A stretch of 53,231 nt of DNA, taken from the IMG/VR virus record IMGVR_UViG_3300039918_000043, positions 1 through 53,231 of that record; one strand, written 5' to 3'. The translations under genes were made by a program, and so were the position numbers. Positions 44,524 to 53,231 of the stretch are shown here, piece after piece (position 1 is the stretch's first letter; each line of letters begins with the position of its first letter). The notes under the pieces are model-generated. The model did not search any database. It saw nothing but the letters and a program-made list of their open reading frames with translations, and was not told where the DNA came from. The stretch comes from a virus (taxonomy: Duplodnaviria; Caudoviricetes).

Positions 44524-44775
44524 GGCTCTTTGACGCCTTGTCCTTACATTTGAATGCCTAGTTAAGCACTTCCAGAGGCTTAGGAGGCAATTTTTTGTGC
44601 GAATTCGAGGGTTTAGGCCTTCCTCTTACTTGCTAACTTCACACAACATTCGTAGGATGAATGCCAAGAGATACCTGCGCCCGGGTGTCAACAACGATTT
44701 CGCTCGTATTGCGGCGTGTTGCTGGCTCCCGTTTGTGCTAATATTTCAGGTTACTGTGTTCTTTACAAAATCAAC

Positions 44776-45156
44776 GTGAACGCTAACCCTGAGACGATTG
44801 GCCTTGGCCTGCAAGCCGAAGCAACGAGACTTGTTACAGAAATCTGGGAACGAGTGTTCACGGCGAGTAACAAAGTTATAGCGCAGTCGGGAATTTACGG
44901 GTTTCACGCAATCCAGTTGATCCCCAACCCGAACATCCATCAAATGCTTCAGTCGATGCGGGTTGTTGCCGTTATGCTGGACGAGATCATCAGTGAGCCT
45001 CAAGACTTCGCTGAAACCCCAGACGACTTCCGTCTCGTATTGAATGCTCGTGAGCAGCTCACGAAACTTGAATCTGTCGCGGCTGCCCTCATTGTTGGTG
45101 ATGAGAAGCTCTACGAAGAATCGATTGAGAAGTTGAAGCAACAAGCAGCTTTCTAA
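44776..45156 (+). CDS. low-GC moron, hypothetical helical protein
   Basis: Open frame from 44716; GTG at 44776 probable; AT-rich codons. Confidence 0.65.
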   Translation: MNANPETIGLGLQAEATRLVTEIWERVFTASNKVIAQSGIYGFHAIQLIPNPNIHQMLQSMRVVAVMLDEIISEPQDFAETPDDFRLVLNAREQLTKLESVAAALIVGDEKLYEESIEKLKQQAAF

Positions 45157-45196
45157 CAGTTTTACTACCTACCTGCTCCGTCCAAGAAAGGTGGCT

Positions 45197-45364
45197 ATGA
45201 TGACCCAAGCAAAAATTACATACCTGAACACTGTCCAACAACCTCGCGCTGAGTTCCTGCAGCGTCTGCGGGCTGCTGCCGCAGCCGCACGTGAGATGAG
45301 CGCCAGCGTGGAGCAGTTCGAGCGGGTGCTGGCTCAGCATTGTCCCTTTCAGAAAGCTGCGTAA
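45197..45364 (+). CDS. small partner protein (55 aa)
   Basis: AAAGGTGG RBS; MMTQAKITYLNTVQQPRAEFLQRLRAAA. Confidence 0.6.
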   Translation: MMTQAKITYLNTVQQPRAEFLQRLRAAAAAAREMSASVEQFERVLAQHCPFQKAA

Positions 45365-45388
45365 GTAAGTTCCGCACGCCTTCCCAAA

Positions 45389-45419
45389 GAACCCGCCGCT
45401 TGGCGGGTTTTTTGTTTTC
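45389..45419 (+). terminator. intrinsic terminator
   Basis: AACCCGCC-GCTT-GGCGGGTT followed by T-tract. Confidence 0.85.
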
Positions 45420-45498
45420 TGCGCCGAGCGCAAGCTAGCTCCCTCGCCCACCCTCTTCACACATTTAGAAAACAGACGCGCTGCATTGCAAACCACAT

Positions 45499-45554
45499 TG
45501 CTAACGTGTTAGCATGAAATGCAGCTTGACACGTGTGCGCCTCGTGGCTAACCT
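45499..45554 (+). promoter_or_regulatory. operator plus promoter of antirepressor operon
   Basis: TGCTAACGTGTTAGCA (45499-45514); TTGACA-17-TAACCT (45526-45554). Confidence 0.8.
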
Positions 45555-45675
45555 TTGCTCATCGCTGAGACAACAGCGATTCGGGATTGGCGTCCCGGAA
45601 TTCTCAAGGCGCAACAACAACAAGCCGCGCCGCATCAGCACGCGGCTTTTTTGTTTGCGTACGCTTGGCACCCTA

Positions 45676-45750
45676 TGGCGGGCCGGGCGAGGGGGCCGAA
45701 AGGCCCACCGGTTCCTTGAGTCCGGCACGCCAACCTCGTTCGGTCCGCCA
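45676..45750 (+). ncRNA. c4: C4-type antisense RNA with flanking targets
   Basis: Cloverleaf; single-stranded CCTTGAG (45714) and ACGCCAA (45727) complement CTCAAGG (45603, 45787) and TTGGCGT (45587, 45757). Confidence 0.88.
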
Positions 45751-45795
45751 CCCCGATTGGCGTCGGGAGGGCGGTAACAGACCGCACTCAAGGAA

Positions 45796-46686
45796 ATGCC
45801 ATGCACGCATCGACTCGTCGCGCACCCTCGCGCAATCATTTCGACCTCTTCCGCGCTATCGAATGCGCCCGAGAAGCCAGGTTCGACGTCTCCCACACTA
45901 AGCGTCTTCCTCAGCAGCCGGTTGCTATGGCAGCCCAGCGCCGCTCCATTGGCCGGGGAGCGTGACATGTCGACACTCTCTTTCCGCTTTCACGAAGCAC
46001 ATGACATTCGCGTAGTCATGGTCGATGACGCTCCCTGGTTCGTCGCGTCCGATGTGGCAGCACTGCTCGAATATCGGAACGCACCGGACATGACCCGCAT
46101 GCTGGACGAGGATGAAAAGGATACGCAGATTGTGCGTACCCTTGGCGGGGGCCAAGAAATGACGGTCATTAGCGAGTCCGGCCTCTACTCAGCGGTGCTT
46201 CGCAGCCGCAAGCCCGAAGCTCGGCAGTTCCGCAAATGGGTCACTGCCGAGGTTCTGCCGGCTATCCGCAAGACCGGCCGCTACGAAGTCCAGGCCGCTC
46301 CCGCCCCGCGGAAGATGGGTGCGCCGACGGAATTCCTCGCCCTCCCCTTCGTCGACGTCAACTCCCCTTTCCGATTCTGGTGTCTCCCATTGGAAGGTGA
46401 CTACTTCGCCGGCTACGAGAAAGGGCGTTCCATGGCGCTCGCCTACCTAGCCTTCCTCAGCAACAACACTTCCCGCAAGCCAGACAGCAGTTACGTCGCT
46501 TTGATCCTCGAATCGTTCATGAAGCGATTCCAGTTCATCAACGGAGCCGCCTTCGTTGATGCGCCGATCGACCATGGGCCGATGGACTTCCACATCCTCA
46601 AAGGCCACTACTGCGGTTTCTTCGGCACCCTGGGCCACGCGGCCTGGCTCACAGCCCGCAGCCCTGCCCTAGCTCAACTCCACTGA
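45796..46686 (+). CDS. BRO-N antirepressor-like protein (alternative start 45967)
   Basis: PWFVASDV, ISESGLY, SRKPEARQFRKWVT.EVLPAIRKTG.Y. Confidence 0.92.
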   Translation: MPCTHRLVAHPRAIISTSSALSNAPEKPGSTSPTLSVFLSSRLLWQPSAAPLAGERDMSTLSFRFHEAHDIRVVMVDDAPWFVASDVAALLEYRNAPDMTRMLDEDEKDTQIVRTLGGGQEMTVISESGLYSAVLRSRKPEARQFRKWVTAEVLPAIRKTGRYEVQAAPAPRKMGAPTEFLALPFVDVNSPFRFWCLPLEGDYFAGYEKGRSMALAYLAFLSNNTSRKPDSSYVALILESFMKRFQFINGAAFVDAPIDHGPMDFHILKGHYCGFFGTLGHAAWLTARSPALAQLH

Positions 46687-46748
46687 CAAAGATTCGGCGC
46701 CGTCCACCACGGCGGCGTCGAATACCTCTTGCGCACTTGTTATTCTTT

Positions 46749-46776
46749 TGCTAACGTATGTGCATGCACGTTAGCA
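46749..46776. promoter_or_regulatory. two overlapping 16-bp operators
   Basis: TGCTAACGTATGTGCA and TGCATGCACGTTAGCA. Confidence 0.75.
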
Positions 46777-46795
46777 ACCAGCCCGCGAGGAGAAG

Positions 46796-47854
46796 ATGAC
46801 TCAGACCGCTCTGGCCGTCCGAAACGAATTCGGCGCCCAAACCACCACCACCGCGCTCGTCGAGACCGCGTCCACCGCAGTAGCCGCCCAGGCAAAAGCC
46901 ATGGTCGAGGCACGGTATGTCATGGCCATGCAACGGCCGCGCGACTGGGACCAGGTCCGCCAGACGCTCCTGCGCGAGTGCCGCCGACCGTCGTTCGCCC
47001 ACAACAAGAGCGCCTACTACCGCAAGCCGATAGGCCAGGGCGTGGAAGGCCTCGGCATCCGCTTCGTCGAGGTGGCGCTGCGCTGCATGACGAACGTCCT
47101 GGTCGAAACGACCATGATCTTCGAAGACGACAGCAAAGAAGTGCACCGGGTATCGGTGACCGACCTGGAGTCGAACCTCACCTACCCGCTCGACGTGCGC
47201 GTGTCCAAGACGGTCGAGCGCTCGAAGCCGATGGACGACGGCAGCTACATCTCCGCCCGCAAGAACAGCTACGGCAAGATGACGTACACCGTCCCTGCCA
47301 ACGACGACGACCTCCTAAACAAGCGGGCCGCACAGATTTCGAAGGCCATTCGGACCCTCGGCCTGCGCATCATCCCCGGTGATATGCAGGACGAGGCGGA
47401 GGAGATCATCAAATCCGTCCGGATGGATGAAGCGGCGCGCGACCCGGATGCCGAGCGCAAGCGGATTGCTGACGCCTTCGCCGGCATCGGCGTCAAGGCC
47501 TCCGACCTGGTTGCCTATCTTGGCCACGCCCTCGACAGCTGCTCGCCGACCGAGCTCGTCGACCTGCGCGGCATCTACGGCGCCATCAAGGACGGCGAAG
47601 CGACCTGGAAGTCCGTCATGGACAACAAGGCGGAGCAGGCCGGCGGTAATGGCGGCGACGAGAAGAAGCCGGAAGGCAAGGTCATCCCGGTCTGTAGCGA
47701 CGAGCGGTTCAAGGACAAGACTCCGGAGTGGCGGAAGCTGATCCTCGACAAGAAGAAGACCGTCGCGGACTTGATTGCGATGATCGAGAGCAAGGAAAAG
47801 CTCACCGAAGACCAGAAGTTCGCAATTGACTCCTGGTCGCACGAGAACGACTGA
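46796..47854 (+). CDS. putative recombination/ssDNA-annealing protein
   Basis: GAGGAG RBS; immediately upstream of YqaJ exonuclease; family not recognised. Confidence 0.6.
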   Translation: MTQTALAVRNEFGAQTTTTALVETASTAVAAQAKAMVEARYVMAMQRPRDWDQVRQTLLRECRRPSFAHNKSAYYRKPIGQGVEGLGIRFVEVALRCMTNVLVETTMIFEDDSKEVHRVSVTDLESNLTYPLDVRVSKTVERSKPMDDGSYISARKNSYGKMTYTVPANDDDLLNKRAAQISKAIRTLGLRIIPGDMQDEAEEIIKSVRMDEAARDPDAERKRIADAFAGIGVKASDLVAYLGHALDSCSPTELVDLRGIYGAIKDGEATWKSVMDNKAEQAGGNGGDEKKPEGKVIPVCSDERFKDKTPEWRKLILDKKKTVADLIAMIESKEKLTEDQKFAIDSWSHEND

Positions 47855-47881
47855 TCAAGCCATTCCAACCGGAAGACAGAC

Positions 47882-49513
47882 ATGAACATCATGAACGTTG
47901 TCCAAGGCTCGCCGGAATGGCTGGCCCTGCGCAGGAATTACCTGACGGCTTCCGAAGCGCCTATCGCGCTCGGGAAGTCGAAGTACACGAATCGCAGCGA
48001 TCTGCTGTTACAGAAACACACCGGCGTCGAGAAGGAAGTCGACGCCTTCACCCAAGGGCTGTTTGATCAAGGCCACGCCGCCGAAGCGCTGGCCCGCCTG
48101 ATCGCCGAGGAAATCGTCGGATCGGATCTCTATCCCGTCACAGCCACAGACGAGGTGGCCGGCCTTCGCCTACTCGCCAGCCTGGACGGCGTCACGATGG
48201 ACGAAGAGATCATCTGGGAGCACAAGCTCTACAACGCCGACCTCGCGGCCGCGGTCGCCACCGGGAAGCTCGATCCCCATTACACGATCCAGATGGATCA
48301 GCAGTTGCTCGTCTCCGGCGCGAAGAAGTGCCTCTTCATGACGTCCGACGGCACCCGTGAAAATATGGCCTGGTGCTGGTACGAATCCAGCCAGGAGCGA
48401 TTCGATGCGCTGATTGCAGGCTGGAATCAGTTCGCGAAGGATCTCGCCGTCTTCGAACTCCCCGACGCGCAGCCGACTGTCGTCGCTGAGGCAGTCCAGG
48501 CGCTCCCGGTCGTTTCGGTGCAGATCAGCGGCAAGATCGATGTCCGCGAGAATTTCAAGGTCTTCGAGGTGGCACTACGCGAATTCCTCGAAAACAAGCT
48601 GATTCGCGAACCTCAGACGGACCAAGACTTCGCCGACCTGGACCTGCAAATCAAGGCCATGAAGAAGGCCGAAGAGACGCTCAACGCGGCCGAAGCCATG
48701 ATGCTGGCCCAGATCCAGAGCGTGGACGAGGCGAAGCGCCAGAAGGACATGCTCGCAAAGCTCGTGCGCGACAACCGGCTTATGGCCGAAAAGCTGCTTG
48801 CCAGTGAAAAGGAGCGCCGCCGGGCCGAGAAGGTTGATACAGCCCGCAAGGCGTTCACTTTCCACGTCGCCGAACTGCAGTGCGAGATTCGGAGCGTCCG
48901 CCTTGAGGTTGCGGCACCCGATTTCCCGGCCGCCATCAAAGGCCTGAAGACGCTGGCCAGCATCCAGGACAAGCTGGATACCGCACTGGCGAACGGGAAG
49001 ATCGCGGCGGATCAACAGGCCGCCGACATCCGCACCAAAATCGATTGGCTGAATGCCAATGCTGCCGAGTACCGCGCGCTGTTGGCAGACCTGCAACAAC
49101 TCATCGCGAAGCCAATCGACGATTTCAAGCTGACAGTCACGTCGCGGATCGACCAGCACAAACGGGACGAGGAAGCTCGCCTTGAAGCCGAGCGCGCCCG
49201 TATCCGTCGCGAGGAAGCTGAGCGCGTCGAGCGCGAGGCGGCCGAGAAACGCGCCGCCGACGAAAAGGCCGCTCGCGAGGCGGAGGATGCGACGAAGGCA
49301 GCGGAGCCGATTATCGAGACCGTTGCCGCCAAGTCGCCAATCCCATCGCCGCGGGCAGCAGCAGCCATCATGCCGCTCAAAGGCGCGCCGCGCGCCCAGC
49401 GCCGCCGCCCCTCTGACGCCGACATCATCGAAGCGCTGGCAATCCACTTCGGCGCCCAGCAAGCGACGGTAATCGAGTGGCTTAGGGATCTGCACCTTCC
49501 TGCCGCAGCCTGA
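47882..49513 (+). CDS. YqaJ/lambda-exonuclease family recombination nuclease with coiled-coil tail
   Basis: QGSPEWLALR, TASE, GH..E, ASLDG, WEHK. Confidence 0.92.
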   Translation: MNIMNVVQGSPEWLALRRNYLTASEAPIALGKSKYTNRSDLLLQKHTGVEKEVDAFTQGLFDQGHAAEALARLIAEEIVGSDLYPVTATDEVAGLRLLASLDGVTMDEEIIWEHKLYNADLAAAVATGKLDPHYTIQMDQQLLVSGAKKCLFMTSDGTRENMAWCWYESSQERFDALIAGWNQFAKDLAVFELPDAQPTVVAEAVQALPVVSVQISGKIDVRENFKVFEVALREFLENKLIREPQTDQDFADLDLQIKAMKKAEETLNAAEAMMLAQIQSVDEAKRQKDMLAKLVRDNRLMAEKLLASEKERRRAEKVDTARKAFTFHVAELQCEIRSVRLEVAAPDFPAAIKGLKTLASIQDKLDTALANGKIAADQQAADIRTKIDWLNANAAEYRALLADLQQLIAKPIDDFKLTVTSRIDQHKRDEEARLEAERARIRREEAERVEREAAEKRAADEKAAREAEDATKAAEPIIETVAAKSPIPSPRAAAAIMPLKGAPRAQRRRPSDADIIEALAIHFGAQQATVIEWLRDLHLPAAA

Positions 49514-49538
49514 TCACCTCCCCTGACAGAGAGAGACC

Positions 49539-50171
49539 ATGCAAAGAAGAACGCCCGAGTACATCGAATGCGCGCGCGCCATCATGCGGGACCATTTCGA
49601 CGAGATCCCGCCTGAATTCAACGTACGCGTGCTTGCCCAACGTATGCCGGAGCACAAGCCCGCCATGATCACCAACGCACTCCGCCACCTGGAGACCGAG
49701 AGGCTCGTTCACGCTCCCGGCGACAAAACGTACGACGGTGCGACCGGCCGGCGCAAGGTGGCGGTTATGGTCTGGCGGAAAGGCCCAAGCGATGGCCCGC
49801 GCGCGATCGCGCGCCGCGGTGGCGAAACCCATGTCCCGCCCAGCGAAGCCCTGGCCCGGCTTGGCCTGCCGTCACCGCACGATAAGGCGAAGGAACTCCA
49901 GATGTGCATGGCAAAGACCATCCCCTTGGAGAACATCGCCCGAGAAGGCGAGCAGCCGGTCTATTACGTGCCGCGCGCTTGGCTGGATGAGCGTGCGCCG
50001 GCGTTGGTGGCGGCTCCCTCGCGCGAACCGATCACGGCTTCTGCGCCCGACCCTGCGCAAGAACCCAAAACGCTCGAACGCCACATCGCCACGCTCTTAG
50101 CTGAGGCGGTAGGCCATCTGCGGACGCTCGTTCAGTTGTCGCAGCCCGGGCAGACGACGCTGAAGTTCTAG
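49539..50171 (+). CDS. hypothetical protein, N-terminal winged helix
   Basis: Operon context; ITNALRHLETERLV. Confidence 0.65.
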   Translation: MQRRTPEYIECARAIMRDHFDEIPPEFNVRVLAQRMPEHKPAMITNALRHLETERLVHAPGDKTYDGATGRRKVAVMVWRKGPSDGPRAIARRGGETHVPPSEALARLGLPSPHDKAKELQMCMAKTIPLENIAREGEQPVYYVPRAWLDERAPALVAAPSREPITASAPDPAQEPKTLERHIATLLAEAVGHLRTLVQLSQPGQTTLKF

Positions 50172-50180
50172 GAGCCAGGG

Positions 50181-50480
50181 ATGAACCTCACTCGACTCAC
50201 ATTCCCGTTCGACGGCCATACCGTCACGGTCACTGGCTACCACTACGCCGGCTACAACGGCAATGCTTCGCCGCCGGAGCCTGAATCGTTCTCCGTGCAC
50301 CAGGCCGAAATCGTCAAGCAGGCCGACCAGGACGAGCCAGTATCCGTCGATGACCTGGACGATGACGAGCTCGCGGATGCAGCCCTCCGTGCCTGGCGAG
50401 ATCGTGAAGAAGAGGCACGCAGCGACCTTGCCTACGCCTTCGGGGAGGATCGCCGCCCGGAGTCGAGGGGCTACCTATGA
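50181..50480 (+). CDS. hypothetical acidic phage protein
   Basis: AGGAG RBS; SPPEPESF motif. Confidence 0.75.
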   Translation: MNLTRLTFPFDGHTVTVTGYHYAGYNGNASPPEPESFSVHQAEIVKQADQDEPVSVDDLDDDELADAALRAWRDREEEARSDLAYAFGEDRRPESRGYL

Positions 50481-50569
50481 ACGCGGACGACGTCAGAGCG
50501 TTTCTCGCCGGCGCCCTTTACGGGTTGGTGCTCGCCCTGCTTCTTGCCGCCTTTATTTTTCGCCGCATT

Positions 50570-50585
50570 GGCTAACGTGTGTGCC
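50570..50585. promoter_or_regulatory. 16-bp operator variant
   Basis: GGCTAACGTGTGTGCC in intergenic region. Confidence 0.6.
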
Positions 50586-50596
50586 CATTGCACACT

Positions 50597-50755
50597 ATGA
50601 ACATCAAAAACATCATGGAACAGAACACCGATTTCAAAGACTGGATTACCCCCGACCTCTCTCTACCGGAGGAGCCAGCAGCTGAGCCCGCAAAGCGCTG
50701 CATCGGGTGCGGCGCAGAAGTGAACGACGGCGAAACGCCGCCCTGCGGTCACTGA
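50597..50755 (+). CDS. small zinc-binding protein
   Basis: Read manually: ...RCIGCGAEVNDGETPPCGH. Confidence 0.6.
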   Translation: MNIKNIMEQNTDFKDWITPDLSLPEEPAAEPAKRCIGCGAEVNDGETPPCGH

Positions 50756-50757
50756 TC

Positions 50758-51282
50758 ATGGAAAGCCTGGCAACCGGTCATTGGCTGGCGGACGAGCGCG
50801 GCGACGTCGTGCATGCCCGCTTGCTGCCAGATGTCCGGCTTTCCGTGGAAGGCGAATTCGCGTCGCTGGACAAGAAGGTGGCGGCCGCACGTTACATCGC
50901 CCACTGCCTGAACGTAGCGATCGAATCGACGCCGGTGGACGACAACCCCGCGGCAGAACGCATCTACGTCGGCGGCGCCGGTGTCAGCCTCGCGCCGGTA
51001 TCCGACGGAGTCGAGTACGTGCGCGCGGATATCGCCGCGACGCTCTCGAAGATGACAGGCCAACTGGCCGAATTGATTAACGCGATGGCCGCAGCCCGCG
51101 AGCTTGAGCGCCGGCGAGTGCTCAAAGCCCTGGAGGCTTCGGCCCACATCGCCATCATGCCCGACGAATGCAAAGGGCTGACGCATGACCGCTGCTACGA
51201 GATGGGTGCAAGGGAAGGCGGTACCGCCGTCCGGCTGGCCATCAAACGGGAAATCGCGGACGCACTGAATCTGGAGGAATAA
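50758..51282 (+). CDS. hypothetical protein
   Basis: ERIYV...VEYVRAD motif. Confidence 0.7.
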   Translation: MESLATGHWLADERGDVVHARLLPDVRLSVEGEFASLDKKVAAARYIAHCLNVAIESTPVDDNPAAERIYVGGAGVSLAPVSDGVEYVRADIAATLSKMTGQLAELINAMAAARELERRRVLKALEASAHIAIMPDECKGLTHDRCYEMGAREGGTAVRLAIKREIADALNLEE

Positions 51283-51285
51283 CGA

Positions 51286-51735
51286 ATGCCAAAGAGGAGA
51301 AGACTGATTCCGACTGACGCTCCCCACGAGCCGGCCAATCTCCGTCGCACGGCCGCGGTCGGTGATGAGCTCGATAGGCTGGCGGCCGCAGCAAGCATCG
51401 CATTCCAGGCCGCGGGGAAGCACGGCCTTACCAGGCTTGAACTGGCTCGCGCCATCGATACAGGTCGCAACGGTGCAAAGGCCACCATTGAGACGATGCG
51501 AAAGGGCAAGCGCCTCTACATCTCGGCATGGCGTCGGGGTACCCCCGCGTATGCGCTTGGCGACCTCGTAGACACACCAAGGCCAGTTCCGCCCGAGCTT
51601 CCTGCCGAGCGATTCAAGCAAATGGACATTTTGGCTGTCGCCAAGCAGGAAGTTGCGGCTGCACACGCGCAGTGGGCCGCGACGTGGGTTCCACATCGAG
51701 ACCCTGCTGCAGCATGGATCGGAGGTACCGTTTGA
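51286..51735 (+). CDS. winged-helix phage protein
   Basis: GGAGG RBS; LYISAWRR..PAYALG...RDPAAAW. Confidence 0.75.
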   Translation: MPKRRRLIPTDAPHEPANLRRTAAVGDELDRLAAAASIAFQAAGKHGLTRLELARAIDTGRNGAKATIETMRKGKRLYISAWRRGTPAYALGDLVDTPRPVPPELPAERFKQMDILAVAKQEVAAAHAQWAATWVPHRDPAAAWIGGTV

Positions 51736-51950
51736 TGAAGCCAATCTATCTCGATCGGCATGCGGCAGCAGCGGCCGTCAGCCTATCGGACACCAGCCTG
51801 GAAAAGCTGGTCCGGGAAGGGAAATTCCCAAAGCCGCGAGTTCTTTCCGGGCGGCGGGTCGCCTGGCTTACGCGCGAGGTCGAAGAATGGGCCGAGACAC
51901 GGCCGATCTCCGACCTCCCTCCGCCGGCAAACACATCACGCCGCGGCTAA
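51735..51950 (+). CDS. alpA: AlpA-family excisionase/regulator
   Basis: GKFPKPRVLSGRRVAWLTREVEEW. Confidence 0.9.
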   Translation: MKPIYLDRHAAAAAVSLSDTSLEKLVREGKFPKPRVLSGRRVAWLTREVEEWAETRPISDLPPPANTSRRG

Positions 51951-53231
51951 GGACGGGGTGGCCGCGAGCGATTCGAGCTTTACCGAAAGTTTGCCAAGCC
52001 ACTCATGGCGCTCCTTGTCGTAGGTGTGGCGGTTGTAGACGCCTTGGACTCCAGGGAGCATATGGCCCAGGATCGACTCCGCCACCTCATTCGGGCAACC
52101 CATTGAGGCGAGCATCGTCCGGACGGTGCGACGAAGGTCATGCGGGGCCCAGTGTGTAACTGTGAGGCGCGGGCGCTTCATCTGTGGGCGCGTCTTGGAA
52201 TACGGCTGGTGATAGAAAACTGCCGTCTGAATGGTCTTCTGCTCCACATTTCCGCCCATGCGCGACGCGAACAGATAGCCTTCCTTTACGACAGCCAGCC
52301 GGCGCCTGACGATCTGCTCTGCTTGACCAAACAGCGGGACCCGCAGGTCCGTAGCGCCCGCCCTCTTCGCATTCTTGGTCTTTTCCTTGGGTATCGTCCA
52401 CCACAGGCCGGTTGGCTCATCCTGGATCTCTGCCGCTTCCATGCTGACGATCTCAGACCCGCGCGTACCGGTCCAAAGGTAGAGCGCCAGCACGTCGGCC
52501 ACGATGCGGCTGAAATTCGGCAGCCAGCGGATCAGCTCGCCAACCTCCGCCTCGCTCAGCACCCGCTTGACCTCGCCGATCGACTTCCCCTGAATCTTCT
52601 TCCCCTTACTTTGCAGGCGCCCCCGCATGATCTGGCGCCACCAATTCGCCGTCGAGTCATCCAGCCGGCCGGAATCGAGGCCATAGTCCCAGGCCGCGCC
52701 TAGCTCCGATCTCAGCCTTGCCGCCTGAACCGGGATCCCGGCGTGGGAATCCAACAGGTCGAAGGCCTTGGCGCGCGTCACCTCGCCCGGCAGCAGGTCG
52801 GCGAAGTCCCCAAGCATCGTGTCAAACATCCGGCGGACTTCCTTAGCGCCCTTGGCCGTCCGGTTTCGCTCAATGTGACCGACGAGGAAGTCATCGCACA
52901 GCCGGCGCACTGTATAGGGGCCGGGCTGGGGTAAACTCCCCTCCGATACCGACCGCGCCATGGTTCGCGCCGCCTTTTTCTCGGCGGCGACGTCCCGGCC
53001 GCTGTCGCGCGCAGTTCGCAGCTTCTCCCATTCGACGATGGCGGCGGCCGGAGACATTGCCGGCCAGGCCCCGATCTTCGACTGTTTCATCTTGCCGTCG
53101 ATGGGCGACTTATAGCGGTAGATCCAGGTCCGCCGCGTGACGGTGCATTCGAGACGCAGACCAGGATGGTCCGCGATCGTCAAATGTTCTCCCGGCTTGA
53201 GCAGCTTGGCTGCGCGCGCGTCGAAGTACAT
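51936..53231 (-). CDS. int: tyrosine integrase with arm-binding domain
   Basis: TGTRGSE, HDLRRT, LGH, VYNRH catalytic residues. Confidence 0.96.
   Translation of the reverse strand: MYFDARAAKLLKPGEHLTIADHPGLRLECTVTRRTWIYRYKSPIDGKMKQSKIGAWPAMSPAAAIVEWEKLRTARDSGRDVAAEKKAARTMARSVSEGSLPQPGPYTVRRLCDDFLVGHIERNRTAKGAKEVRRMFDTMLGDFADLLPGEVTRAKAFDLLDSHAGIPVQAARLRSELGAAWDYGLDSGRLDDSTANWWRQIMRGRLQSKGKKIQGKSIGEVKRVLSEAEVGELIRWLPNFSRIVADVLALYLWTGTRGSEIVSMEAAEIQDEPTGLWWTIPKEKTKNAKRAGATDLRVPLFGQAEQIVRRRLAVVKEGYLFASRMGGNVEQKTIQTAVFYHQPYSKTRPQMKRPRLTVTHWAPHDLRRTVRTMLASMGCPNEVAESILGHMLPGVQGVYNRHTYDKERHEWLGKLSVKLESLAATPSLAAA

Larger units (their letters stand above)
1..53231. mobile_element. temperate myovirus prophage (left about 4.3 kb may belong to a neighbouring element)
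   Basis: Complete head, contractile tail, lysis, immunity, replication and integration modules. Confidence 0.93.

Noticed and set aside
44631-44750. TGCTAA half-sites
   Set aside because: Second half-site missing; not counted as operators
1-53231. attL/attR direct repeats
   Set aside because: Window is trimmed to gene boundaries; no terminal repeat visible

Overview
GC-rich temperate myovirus prophage, probably from a Burkholderiaceae host such as Cupriavidus/Ralstonia (inferred from gene content and a CTGT-N8-ACAG SOS box). The window runs from an ATG at position 1 to the integrase start codon, so att sites are not visible. Layout: 1-4290 rightward accessory early-type genes; 4.3-10.6 kb morons (LexA-controlled small gene, DUF2188, adenylation-only ligase, KorC/Aca-like HTH, SGNH acetylesterase, OafA-type acetyltransferase); 10.6-31.8 kb leftward lysis, contractile tail, head and terminase genes; 31.8-33.2 kb a mostly non-coding, highly structured late leader; then repressor/cro and one long rightward early arm (replication, resolvase, Q-like, C5 methyltransferase, c4 RNA plus BRO antirepressor, YqaJ recombination module, AlpA) converging on a tyrosine integrase. 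The most notable signal is in the late leader: two tandem RNA cassettes share a scaffold (UUCACG-CA-UGGCG...CGCCA-NN-CGUGAGGGA...GCCCCUCAA) around unrelated structured inserts, one a CCA-less tRNA mimic, directly followed by tRNA(CAU). Other highlights: about 9 dispersed 16-bp TGCTAAC operators, a nested antisense zinc-ribbon gene, and a hydrophobic leader on the capsid protein. All product calls come from recognising motifs and synteny by eye, not from database searches.
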